Below are positions 25,901-34,129 of a DNA stretch of 64,000 nt, piece after piece; position 1 is the stretch's first letter; each line of letters opens with the position of its first letter. Under the pieces are notes generated by a model. That model saw only the letters and a list, made by a program, of their open reading frames with translations, ran no database searches and was not told the origin of the DNA. Location of the stretch: contig OX597830.1 of NCBI GenBank assembly GCA_951406725.2, positions 12,276,001 to 12,340,000 on the forward strand, read 5' to 3'. Source of the DNA: Octopus vulgaris (lineage: Eukaryota). A program made the position numbers and the translations under genes.

Positions 25901-27939
25901 TTAAGTTGATTACATCGACCCCAGTGCACAACTGGTACTTAATTTATCGACCCCGAAAGGATGAAAGGCAAAGTCGACCTCGACGGAATTTGAACTCAGA
26001 ACGTAAGGGCAGACGAAATACGGCTACGCATTTCGCCCAGCGTGCTAACGTTTCTGCCAGCTCACCGCCTTAATATTATGCTGTATATCGCTGGCGGGGA
26101 GATGAGTCGCTGCTATTTCTAGAGGTCGAGAGTCCATCGTTGGCAAGACCAAGGCAGGTCAAAATCCCGTGATCTGCTGGTCTTAGCGCCGAAGGTGGCA
26201 GGGATTTATCACCCCACAAGCGATGTAGGCAAGAGTGCACTTTGCACCAAAAGCTAATATGAAAGTTTCTCTCGTGATAACTACCGCAGTATAGTTTGTC
26301 CTAACAGAACATCCACGTTTAAGTGGGAATATATATTATCTTTCGATGTTAATGCTGCCTCTGTTGTTAATAAATGTTTTTTAAGAAGCCCATTGACTAA
26401 TCGCTCCACCCGCGCCAGTTCTGGCACTCATTCCATGGAAGCACTCCGTCGGTTACGACGACGAGGGTTCCGGTTGATCCGATCAACGGAACAGCCTGCT
26501 CGTGAAATTAACGTGTAACCGGCTCAGCACTCCACAGACACGTGTACCCTTAACGCAGTTCTCAGGGATATTCAGCGTGACACAGGGAGTGACAAGGCCG
26601 GCCCTTTGAAATACAGGCACAACAGAAACAGGAAGTAAGAGTGAGAGAAAGTTGTGGTGAAAGAGTACAGCAGGGATCACCACCATCCCTGCCGGAGCAT
26701 CGTGGAGCTTTTAGGTGTTTTCGCTCAATAAACACTCACAACGCCCGGTCTGGGAATCGAAACCGCGATCCTACGACCGCGAGTCCGCTGCCCTAACCAC
26801 TGGGCCATTGCGCCTCCACAAACTCATTCCATATATTACTGGCGGAAATGAATCACTACTATCTCTTGTGGTCGAGCGTCCATCATTGAAAAGACCTAGT
26901 GGAGTCAGCGCAAGAGGTAGTAGGAGTTTATATCTCCGCTTGTAAAATAAACAAGAGTGTAATTTGCATCAAAATTGAAAGTTTCATGGTAACTACCACA
27001 ATATAGTTTTTTCTACTGCTTCTGTCGCTAATAGTAAGTTACGCCCCTTTATGTTCTCAATTAGAAGCCCGTTGTTTACTTAGGAGTCAATGAAATAGTA
27101 ACCAGTCAAATATTGGCACAATAATAACACAAAAGCATTAGTATAAAAATTGGCTGTGTGGTAAGTAGCTTGCTTACCAACCACATGGTTCCGGGTTCAA
27201 TCCCACTGCGTGGCACCTTAGGCAAGTGTCTTCTACTATAGCCTCGGGCCAACTAAAGCTTTGTGAGTGGATTTGGTAGACGGAAACTGAAAGAAGCCCG
27301 TCGTATATATGTATATATATATATGTGTGTATGTATATGTTTGTGTGTCAGTGTTTGTCCCCCCAACATCGCTTGACAACCGATACCTGTGTGCTTACGT
27401 CCCCGTCACTTAGCGGTTCGGCAAAAGAGACCGATAGAATAAGTACTAGGCTTACAAAGAATAAGTCCTGAGGTCGATTTACTCGACTAAAAGGCGGTGC
27501 TCTAGCATGGCCACAGTCAAATGACTGAACCAAGTAAAAGAATATAATCCAATTAATTTATTCATAGCAGACTTTCACAATATTCTATGAAGGTCTGCTA
27601 TTATATAAGATGTAAAAAATAAAATCTGATTGATTTAGTAATGATTTCTGTATCAAGGGAATATGGTTCCATGATAACTTTGGATGCATTTCCATAATAT
27701 TAAAAAAAAAAGGACATGGTATTCTCTACACGAAAGGAAGATAAAAGGATATATATAAAAAAATACAGGTTTGCCTCCCTCATTTCACATGAGGGCTGGA
27801 GAAGATATTAGCATTGGAATCGTGCGATGATAAATGAATCTTACCTGACATTTAGCTGATGCGGTTTCATATGTAACCAGTGGAATTAGATTGAACTGGT
27901 AGCAATGCAACTTGTAAGCTACCCACTCAACTGGACAAC
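81..27939 (-). CDS. Cont: Contactin-like cell-adhesion gene (invertebrate type: C-type lectin domain + Ig domains), partial; 9 exons joined, 468 codons, continues beyond left edge
   Basis: Hand-spliced exons 27845-27939, 16536-16621, 15235-15389, 11179-11286, 10031-10354, 4332-4427, 1229-1462, 917-1031 and 81-271 all have AG/GT boundaries and mutually compatible phases, giving one stop-free frame. Domain order is CTLD, then a DYG...RGP linker, then Ig1-Ig2-Ig3, with GRLYFS and FP...GDEIRMECFAYG motifs. This matches the protostome contactin architecture (established knowledge). Confidence 0.88.
917..1031 (-). CDS. Cont: Contactin exon: N-terminal part of Ig3 (SKANFGPEILNEFIAVFPSLPMIGDEIRMECFAYGTF)
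   Basis: Acceptor AG at 1033-1032 and donor GTGAGT at 916; phase 1 in, phase 2 out; ECFAYG Ig B-strand motif. Confidence 0.92.
1229..1462 (-). CDS. Cont: Contactin exon: Ig2 body (LRYQWTKD...NGRLYFSEIGGPDAGKYYCMV...)
   Basis: Acceptor AG at 1464-1463 and donor GTAAGT at 1228; phase 1-1; overlaps ORF 1188..1397. Confidence 0.93.
2163..3145 (-). mobile_element. Degenerate mariner (Tc1/mariner) transposase remnant, interrupted by an unrelated ~350 bp insert (about 2666-3014)
   Basis: ORF 2219..2428 ends ESFFSNGIQVLQYPWKKYVDFKGSNVEI, matching the mariner C-terminal FFxxGIxxLxxRWxKCVxxxGxYVE motif; a degenerate YSPDLAPSD-like segment lies just upstream; many stops and frameshifts. Confidence 0.7.
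3604..3990 (-). mobile_element. tRNA-derived SINE family A (~385 bp)
   Basis: tRNA-like head with A/B boxes (tggcccagtggttagggc...gtttcgattcc), short TTCCA/TCCA-type tail, flanking direct repeat caaggaat; near-identical to five other copies in the window. Confidence 0.92.
4332..4427 (-). CDS. Cont: Contactin exon: start of Ig2 (SLGYFSNIKPEKELATDFNYKIIQCPKIQGKP)
   Basis: Acceptor AG at 4429-4428 and donor GTAATA at 4331; phase 1-1; supplies the first Cys of Ig2 required by the next exon. Confidence 0.88.
4506..4944 (-). mobile_element. tRNA-derived SINE family B (~430-480 bp, internal TA/TG microsatellite, GTAAAAGA-type tail)
   Basis: Head ggcgcaggagtggctgtgtggtaa...ggttcagtccc; more than 12 related copies in the window. 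Confidence 0.92.
5107..7600 (+). repeat. Tandem array of a 203-bp SINE-C-derived unit: 12 complete copies plus a 13th running into an intact SINE C
   Basis: The ATGCCATA motif recurs at 5118, 5321, 5524, 5727, 5930, ... 7351, 7553 (period 203; the last interval is 202). Units are nearly identical and contain the SINE C core gcctttcatcctttcggggtcgataaattaagtaccag. Confidence 0.97.
7600..8140 (+). mobile_element. Cluster of three diverged SINE family C copies
   Basis: Repeated ttcaaattc(c/t)gccgaggtcaac...gcctttcatc...gataaaat.agt.ccag cores at about 7600, 7815 and 8010. Confidence 0.8.
8228..8650 (-). mobile_element. SINE family B
   Basis: Full-length match to the 4506-4944 copy. Confidence 0.92.
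8929..9895. mobile_element. SINE family B cluster: plus-strand 5' fragment (8929-9080), minus copy (9099-9500), plus-strand 3' half with expanded (TG)n (9560-9895)
   Basis: Direct sequence similarity to SINE B in both orientations; (TG)n tract at about 9575-9688. Confidence 0.85.
10031..10354 (-). CDS. Cont: Contactin exon: linker + Ig1 (DYGVEVRNKNNIKRGPIMKMEP...LECLATGNPQVKYKWYK...DYRCEASNEFGSI...)
   Basis: Acceptor AG at 10356-10355 and donor GTAAGT at 10030; phase 1-1; complete I-set Ig domain; overlaps ORF 10020..10340. Confidence 0.95.
10569..10987 (+). mobile_element. Non-autonomous DNA transposon (MITE) with ~28-bp TIRs, 8-bp TSD and internal CCCTAA repeats
   Basis: TIRs ggatcttttcggtttgaacagcagtttt / aaaactgccgttcaaaccgaaaagaccc; flanks cagaatgt and cagaatgc; second copy in inverted orientation at 31998-32429. 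Confidence 0.9.
11179..11286 (-). CDS. Cont: Contactin exon: end of C-type lectin domain (NNFGWSVAKKNDVHSYICEISQDETYRILEKDTGL)
   Basis: Acceptor AG at 11288-11287 and donor GTAAGT at 11178; phase 1-1; YICE terminal CTLD motif. Confidence 0.92.
11325..11620 (+). mobile_element. SINE with family-A-like tRNA head and a different 3' module
   Basis: Head gtggaggcacatgacctagtggttagagc...ggttcgaatc follows family A up to acaactttctctcactct, then diverges (cctgtgatggaccggcgtcccgtccagg...gaaaccggg). Confidence 0.8.
11967..12400 (+). mobile_element. SINE family B
   Basis: Full-length match to the family. Confidence 0.92.
12551..12774 (+). mobile_element. SINE family C (~230 bp; central core resembles the Nin domain)
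   Basis: Head ggcggcgagctggcagaaacgttagc...gagttcaaattcc; 17-bp TSD tgaagggtacaacaaaa at 12534-12550 and 12775-12791. Confidence 0.92.
12957..13348 (+). mobile_element. SINE family A
   Basis: 12-bp TSD aaaccgaatttc at 12945-12956 and 13349-13360. Confidence 0.94.
13439..13930 (+). mobile_element. Chapaev-3-like (CMC superfamily) transposase N-terminal remnant
   Basis: FCYVCGSFT...AYKAYFG...WAPHVVCHNC...FGVLMVW...D*YFC matches the N-terminal Cys-rich region of Chapaev3 transposases; contains stops. Confidence 0.75.
14775..15090. repeat. Degenerate (TG)n microsatellite region
   Basis: Two interrupted TG tracts. Confidence 0.9.
15235..15389 (-). CDS. Cont: Contactin exon: C-type lectin middle (SVSWTGGQRDPIENVIFKWLPGNMRVQDSLDYWLSEDEKTKPGNQLVYKKN)
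   Basis: Acceptor AG at 15391-15390 after a pyrimidine tract and donor GTTAGT at 15234; phase 2 in, 1 out; WTGG is the WIGL-equivalent, plus FKW and YW motifs. Confidence 0.88.
16047..16429 (+). mobile_element. SINE family A
   Basis: 12-bp TSD aaagtaagtaac at 16035-16046 and 16430-16441. Confidence 0.94.
16536..16621 (-). CDS. Cont: Contactin exon: C-type lectin (ENGAELVRIGNIDEHNFIKSQWEILYTD)
   Basis: Acceptor AG at 16623-16622 and donor GTAAGC at 16535; phase 0 in, 2 out; GAxLVxIxxxxExxFI CTLD motif. Confidence 0.92.
16777..17117. repeat. Fold-back of two headless SINE C copies (~158-bp arms, 23-nt spacer)
   Basis: 16777-16934 is the reverse complement of 16958-17117 with few mismatches. 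Confidence 0.92.
17127..17353. repeat. Inverted repeat (~107-bp arms, 13-nt loop), probably an inverted Penelope-like pseudo-LTR
   Basis: 17127-17233 pairs with 17247-17353. The arm contains GTCGC-loop-GCGAC-GAAA, a hammerhead stem-II-like arrangement. The pLTR identity is inference. Confidence 0.8.
17650..18082 (-). mobile_element. SINE family B
   Basis: Full-length match to the family. Confidence 0.92.
18188..20003. repeat. ~1.8-kb (TATG)n microsatellite with CATG/TGTG/TACG variant units
   Basis: Directly visible; produces the 500-650 aa artefactual ORFs in the track. Confidence 0.98.
20185..23960 (-). mobile_element. Degenerate near-full-length R4/Dong-clade non-LTR retrotransposon (RT + RLE endonuclease) with nested inserts
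   Basis: Minus-strand fragments in the expected order: KLIPK...NYRSIAC, WLDYKKDFASVPHSW, GVFQGDSLS..LF, FVDDLK, DRLY.KRKQGGRGL, MHG, and an RLE region (WWNVPVKT...SRPE...E..CPAD...IGALG). Many stops and frameshifts. Confidence 0.88.
23219..23453 (+). mobile_element. SINE family C inserted in the R4/Dong element
   Basis: Full-length copy; flanking repeats atgttctacaaatgt / atgtcctacaaatgt. Confidence 0.9.
24340..25010 (+). mobile_element. R4/Dong-type LINE 3' fragment (zinc knuckle + RLE), degenerate
   Basis: WLHGDLKAE...TQD, ETIDHFISGC, WWEHKPAKVVEN, and KD.EIE motifs; followed by a short (TAA)n tail. Confidence 0.8.
25842..26071 (-). mobile_element. SINE family C
   Basis: Full-length reverse-complement match. 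Confidence 0.9.
26437..26821 (-). mobile_element. SINE family A
   Basis: 11-bp TSD actcattccat at 26426-26436 and 26822-26832. Confidence 0.94.
27151..27545 (+). mobile_element. SINE family B
   Basis: Near full-length match. Confidence 0.9.
27845..27939 (-). CDS. Cont: Contactin exon: start of long-form C-type lectin domain (CPVEWVAYKLHCYQFNLIPLVTYETASAKCQ)
   Basis: Acceptor AG at 27941-27940 and donor GTAAGA at 27844; phase 1 in, 0 out; CPxxW....xCY and AxxxC motifs. Confidence 0.92.
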
Positions 27940-28094
27940 CTAAAATTAAAGTAAGATATATTAATTTCTTCATTTACTAATTATATATTAAAATCTGGTG
28001 ATTTATTAAAAGAAAAAAAACAAAAAAAATCATGTATCTGTATGTATATTTAGCTGGTCTATACTTAGATTTGAACCTGAGATTGTTTTCGATC

Positions 28095-28625
28095 AGGTGG
28101 TGGTGGTGGCTGCCCCCTCGTTATCGAGTATGGCCATTGCACGAAGCTTAATCAATGTTGTTATTGTGCAATGCCTGTGCAAGATTTTTTTTTTAAGTGA
28201 GGAAAGGCTGTGCACTGAGTCAATCCCACTCTGTAAGCAACAGCAGCCATAATCCGAAAAGAAGAACAAGTCAACATCATCAGTAACCACTGAGCCGCAG
28301 CTTTACGTCGGAGTTATCCCAGTTACCTGAGTTACCTTCTCCTAGAAGGATGCCCTAACAAAGGCTGGGAGTCCCTCACTCCCAATGGTTTAACCGCTCG
28401 ATCGGGTATTCAGTCCGATTATTTCTATGGCCCCGTGCATGATACAGCCTTAAGACATTTATTGGATGGCCGTTCACTCCCAAGAGCTCCTCTGCCCTTT
28501 GACGGGTTTTGTTTTTCATCCCGCAAGGTGTCCAATAAACGGTTGCAGGTTTAGTCGCCGACGACCCGACCATGCAACAGGTTGTACTGGGTTACATGTT
28601 ACCAGTAGCACTCGAAAGTGACCTG
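28095..28625. mobile_element. Probable RTE-clade-related non-coding repeat (UTR-type fragment)
   Basis: GC-richer block containing ccttctcctagaaggatgccctaacaaaggct, which resembles a motif seen in RTE untranslated regions; no coding signal. Classification is inference. Confidence 0.4.
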
Positions 28626-28680
28626 ACATTTCGATCAGGTACTTTCATGCGAACAACAACTCAAATTTTATAGATTAAGT

Positions 28681-29064
28681 GGTGGAAGCACTCCGTCGGT
28701 TACGACGACGAGGGTTCCGGTTGATCCGATCAACGGAACAGCCTGCTCGTGAAATTAACGTGTAAGTGGCTGAGCACTCCACAGACACGTGTACCCTTAA
28801 CGTAGTTCTCGGGGATATTCAGCGAGACACAGAGAGTGACAAGGCCGGCCCTTTGAAATACAGGTACAACAGAAACAGGAAGTAAGAGTGAGAGAAAGTT
28901 GTGGTGAAAGAGTACAGCAGGGATCACCACCATCCCCTGCCGGAGCCTCGTGGAGCTTTTGTAGGTGTTTTCGCTCAATAAACACTCACAATGCCCGCTC
29001 TGGGAATCGAAACCGCGATCCTACGACCGCGCGTCCGCTGCCCTAACCACTGGGCCATTGCGCC
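28681..29064 (-). mobile_element. SINE family A
   Basis: 11-bp TSD atagattaagt at 28670-28680 and 29065-29075. Confidence 0.94.
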
Positions 29065-29796
29065 ATAGATTAAGTAATGACTTCATCAATCATCTAGCCA
29101 AAAGAATTTCTAAGTAATTCGAGTAATGAAGTTACCATTGATCAGTTCAGTCAGTTTTATTCTAATAAAAGCTTATAAAAGAAGTGAGCCGGTAGAATCG
29201 TTTGCAGGCCGGGATAAATGTTTAGTTGTATTTCGTCCGTTCTGAGTTCAAATTTTGCCTAAGTCGACATTACCTTTTTATCTTTGCTAGGGTTGATAAA
29301 ATAAGTACCAGTTGAGGACTTGGGTCGATGTAATCGACTCCTCCAAAATCCCAGGCCGTGCGATTGTATGTAGTAGAAAGGATTATAGAGAGCTTATAAA
29401 AAGAAACTATTCAAGGAACCACCAAAGAAACTAGTCGGGAGATATGCAAAGTTCTGATACTATCAAAATAATGAACTGTTTTGACCTACTCGGACACTGG
29501 TTAAAACCGCTGGCCTTTGAACAGCCATCACTTTCACAAAATATTCATGTTTCTCTATGAACACATGCATAACCATTATGAACACATCTTTTCTTTCTTT
29601 ATTTTTCTTTTTGCTCTTCCGAGCTGTATTGTTCTTTCGAGTCTGCTATTATCTTAGTAACGATAAATACCTTATGAAATTTTGAATATCGACTTGTCTT
29701 CATTGAAACAACTTCTGTACACATACTATTGTTACTAATAGATACTATTGAGAAAAAAGTGAAGACTGCCTTTTACATAGTGAAATGAAAAGAAAG

Positions 29797-30305
29797 CCTG
29801 GTATTTATTCCATCGACCTTTGGCCTGACCGCTAAATTATGGGGACGTAAACAACCGACCATCGGTTGTCAAGTGGCGATGGGAGACGAACACAAAACAT
29901 ACACAAACACACACATACATAATATATATATACATGTAAATAGGGAGAGTTTACGAAAAAAACAAAAGACGAATACAGGTGGTGTACAAAACAAACAGAT
30001 GTATTAGTACAACGCTCAGGAATAGAAAAAGTCTTTTACGTTTCGAGCCTACGCTCTTCTACAGAAAGGGACACAGAAAAAAACAAGGATAGAAAAAATG
30101 TGTGTAGTGGCTAACGATCTATCATGGTGTGTATATACACACAACGGGCTTCTTTTAGTTTCCGTCTACCAAGTCCACTCACACGACTTTGGGCGGCCCG
30201 GGGCTCTAGTAGAAGACACTTGCACAAGGTGCCACTGCAGTGGGACTGAACCTGGAACCATTTGGTTGGGAAGTTAGCTTCTTACCACACAGCCACGTCT
30301 GCACC
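29797..30305 (-). mobile_element. Diverged SINE family B interrupted at its TA microsatellite by a solo Penelope-like pLTR (about 29941-30127)
   Basis: The SINE B halves at 29797-29935 and 30128-30305 are collinear around a foreign ~185-bp insert. Confidence 0.8.
30031..30070 (-). ncRNA. Minimal hammerhead ribozyme-like motif (variant core CUGUAGA) in a Penelope-like pLTR
   Basis: Minus strand reads CTTT-CTGTAGA-A-GAGC-gtag-GCTC-GAAA-CG-TA-AAAG: stem I CTTT/AAAG, stem II GAGC/GCTC, GAAA, and a GUA cleavage triplet. Confidence 0.65.
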
Positions 30306-30559
30306 TATTATTATTATTTCGGTTTCGAAAACTATGGAGTGACTGGTATCTACATCTTGATATGGTTTCGTTTAGTACAGAGCATAATATCAGAATCACA
30401 GTCTGAACAAGACCTAGAAATTTTGATGTGTAAATGGGACATTGTCTTACATCAGTACAACTTAAGTGTTGATAAAGGTTGACATTGATAACGGAAGAAG
30501 ACACCTTTTTATTGTAGAACCTTTTTATTGCTAAAGAAGTGAAGGCTTTTCCAATTATA

Positions 30560-30931
30560 TCTTTATATATAAAAGAGAGGTTGTGTGCTGTCAGTCTCCT
30601 ACGATTTAGATTCCTAACTACTCCCACATTTTGCGGTGCAGTTTAACCAAAACCGGGTATCTTATTGTCGTGATTCATATCGAGCCCTTCTGGGTATTAG
30701 CGCGCGTCTACGATGAGTCTACGATTTTTCCCATTTTTAATACACTTTTGGCATATATAAGGGAAGTAACTCTCTAAAAATTTATTATTACATCTCAAAA
30801 CGTAAAAAGCTACAGTAACACCCCCCTTTGTGGTTGGCCATATTGAGATGGCCATTATACTTTACATCTCTAAAAATGCTTATATAGTTATTTCCCTTAC
30901 AAACCCGAGCAACGCCGGGCGATACTGCTAG
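30560..30931 (+). mobile_element. Non-autonomous Helitron
   Basis: 5' TC at 30560, 3' CTAG at 30928-30931, subterminal hairpin cccgagcaacgccggg (30904-30919), inserted between host A and T with no TSD. Confidence 0.85.
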
Positions 30932-31006
30932 TTATATTTAGAATAATTCGCGGGGAAGAATCGATGCTACAAATGTAGAAATTGCCTGAGTATCAATGTC
31001 TGTCTC

Positions 31007-31469
31007 TCTTTACGCTTTTACTCTTTTGCTTTTTTCTGTCATTTGATTGTGGCCATCCTGGAGCACTGTCTTCAGTCGAGCAAATAATCTCCAGGACTTA
31101 CTCTTTTTAAGCATAGTACTTATTCTATCGGTCTCTTTTGTCGAACCGCTAAGTTACGGGGACGTAAACACACCAGCATCGGTTGCCAAGCGATGTTAGG
31201 GGGACAAACACAGACACACAAACACACACATACATATATATATATGCAAATATACGACGGGCTTCTTTCAGTTTCCGTCTACCAAATCCACTCACAAGGC
31301 TTTGGTCGACCCGAGGCTATAGTAGAAGACACTTGGGACTTGTTCTTCTTTTCGGATTATGGCTGCTGTTGCTTAGAGAGTGGGATTGACTCAGTGCACA
31401 GCAATGGGACTGAACCCGGAACCATGTTGTTGGTAAGCAAGCTACATACCACACAGCCACTTCTACGCC
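31007..31469 (-). mobile_element. SINE family B carrying a 66-nt foreign insert
   Basis: Matches the family except at 31337-31402. Confidence 0.9.
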
Positions 31470-31498
31470 TGTCGTGTACATTTCAAAAACGCGCGCGA

Positions 31499-31538
<40 letters not shown>

Positions 31539-31997
31539 ACACAGAGACACACACACACACACACACAAGTGAACATAGGCGCTTAGGACATATGAAACTG
31601 AACATAATGTAATTGGTTTTCTATATAACTTATTTTCTGTTTACAAAAGTGATGTCCCTTGGAAATGAGTATCAACGGCCTTGATTTTTGTGAACAAAAT
31701 GTGTAATGATCTCTCACCCTCACCCTCCTTCTCACCATCTTTCTTCCCACCTCACTCTTTCCCTCACATATGCAAAAACACGTCGTTTCAAGCTAAATCT
31801 CATTTTCGCGTTAATATAGTTAAAATTTGTTTCGGTTTTTTAAATCGCATTACATCTTGTTTACAAAAGTTGTTTCCCTTATGATAGGGCTTTTATTTTT
31901 CATTTGGCGAAACATGGATTTTCATTATTATTTCAATTATACCTTGCACGGTGAATTACGTTGAAATGAGACGAGACCACTGCTATGCACTAAATTT

Positions 31998-32429
31998 GGA
32001 TCTTTTCGGTTTGACCGGCAGTTTTTTTCTAGCGGTGTCATATGAAATTGTCACCCATAATTATGACCCTAGTATCGATCTATTGCATTTCAATCTATTT
32101 TATGTTTAGGGTTAGGGTTAGGGTTTGGGTTGGGGGGAGGGTATATTTTTTTCTTCAGAAATGTAAATAAACCCAATCTGTTTCTTAAAGAGGGACATAT
32201 TCATACGGCACAGAATGTTTTTTTTTACCTCAATAGACGTCATTGATTGGTTGAAATTGCAGAAATTGAAGAAAAACAACAGCAAATATCTTACAAACTA
32301 TAGAATTTTCTCAATAAAGCCAAGAGAAAAAGATGCATTATAAACACACTCTACCAGTATACGAAGTTTAAAATTTTTTTAATTACCTAGAAATTATGTT
32401 AAAAACTGCCGTTCAAACCAAAAAGATCC
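31998..32429 (-). mobile_element. Second copy of the TTAGGG-containing MITE, inverted relative to 10569-10987
   Basis: TIRs ggatcttttcggtttga... / ...tcaaaccaaaaagatcc; perfect 8-bp TSD ctaaattt at 31990-31997 and 32430-32437; (TTAGGG)3 at about 32105-32123. Confidence 0.93.
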
Positions 32430-32662
32430 CTAAATTTCATTTAGTTAAACTTGAAGCGGGACGTGAGGAGAAAGCTAACTGCTATGCCTTGAATAACATG
32501 AAAATAACGTAGAAATTAGTTTTGAATAAAGCTCCACTTAAAACTCCTAACAACGTTCCCTGTTGGTCATACGCCCTTTACGGAATGGAAGATAATGGAA
32601 AATTTGAGTGTGACCGATACATTCTAATTGATTATCACTCAATTTTAACTTTTTTAAAAAAT

Positions 32663-33051
32663 TTTTTACTTGTTTCAGTCATTTTGACTGCGGCCATGCT
32701 GGAGCACCGCCTTTAATCGAGCAACTCGACCCCGGGACTTATTCTTTGCAAGCCCAGTACTTATTCTATCGGTCTCTTTTTGCCGAACCGCTAAGTGATG
32801 GGGACGTAAACACACCAGCATCGGTTGTCAAGCAATGCTAGGGGGACAAACACAGACACACAAACGCATATATACATATATATATATACGACGGGCTTCT
32901 TTCGGTTTCCGTCTACCAAATCCACTCACAAGGCATTGGTCGGCCCGAGGCTATAGCAGAAGACACTTGCCCAAGATGCCACGCCGTGGGACTGAACCCG
33001 GAACCATGTGGTTGGTTAGCAAGCTACTTACCACACAGCCACTCCTGCGCC
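32663..33051 (-). mobile_element. SINE family B
   Basis: Full-length match. Confidence 0.92.
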
Positions 33052-33202
33052 TGTGAGATTTTATTTTATTTTATTTGTATTTTAGTATCTAAGTCAAATA
33101 CACACACACGCGTGCGCCCATTTGCAAACACACACTCGTTGTGTACGCTGTAGTTTATTTACGCTCACATATAAATGTTTATACAACCCCTGTCAATGTA
33201 AT

Positions 33203-33209
33203 GTATCTG

Positions 33210-33280
<71 letters not shown>

Positions 33281-33308
33281 GTCCGTCCGTCCGTCCGTCC
33301 GTCCGTCC

Positions 33309-33379
<71 letters not shown>

Positions 33380-33420
33380 CGTCCGTTCGTCCGTTCGTCC
33401 GTCCGTCCCTCCATCCGTCC

Positions 33421-33456
<36 letters not shown>

Positions 33457-33515
33457 GAGTGTATATGTGTATATATGTATGAATATATATGTGTGTGTAT
33501 GTGTGTGTGTGTGAG
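33203..33515. repeat. Compound tetranucleotide microsatellite (TCTA)n(TCCG)n(TCTG)n followed by TA/TG
   Basis: Directly visible. Confidence 0.95.
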
Positions 33516-34129
33516 TGTATTTATATATGTGGAGCGTAAACGTGTGTCTGTGTAGTAAAAATCTTGCTTCTCAACGATGTTCTATTTAAACGCCTTATTA
33601 CTCTGATATAAAAAACCAATTTCATTACAACTGCCACAAAAGGTGTATTTTTCCATCGCGAAAAAGCACAAAAAACTGTCAGCTGGTGGAGAGATTGTCA
33701 GAGGTTGGCGAGAGGGGGTTTCAGAGGTTGTCGAGAGAGATTGTTGGAGGATGTCGGAGGGAGAGGCATCTTTGTTCCAAAAATTTCAGTCTTGCAGGGC
33801 TTCATAATACACAATACTTTTCGTTTTGCCATTAGGTGCCTAGGTGAATAAATTTTCCGGATTTCCAACTCTGGACCATCCGACATAGAGCTGTCCGTGA
33901 GAAAAAGGAGGATTGGGGCTCACTGATAAAATACGTTCTGGAATCAAAAAAATTATCTACTGTTATCGAAAAAAGTTTAACTGGAAAAATGCAGAATTAT
34001 CGGAGTTATTGGCATTGAAAGTGTTATCAAATTTAATGGAAAACTCTGCATTCTTTGCCAACATTTAGTTATTTGGAGATGTTGAAAAAATGTCTATTAA
34101 TGTAATGTCTAAATTAATTACAGCAATAT

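Noticed and set aside
27564-27601. 14-bp-stem hairpin atagcagactttca...tgaaggtctgctat as a miRNA or terminator
   Set aside because: Too short for a pre-miRNA, and intrinsic terminators do not apply here; probably a MITE relic.
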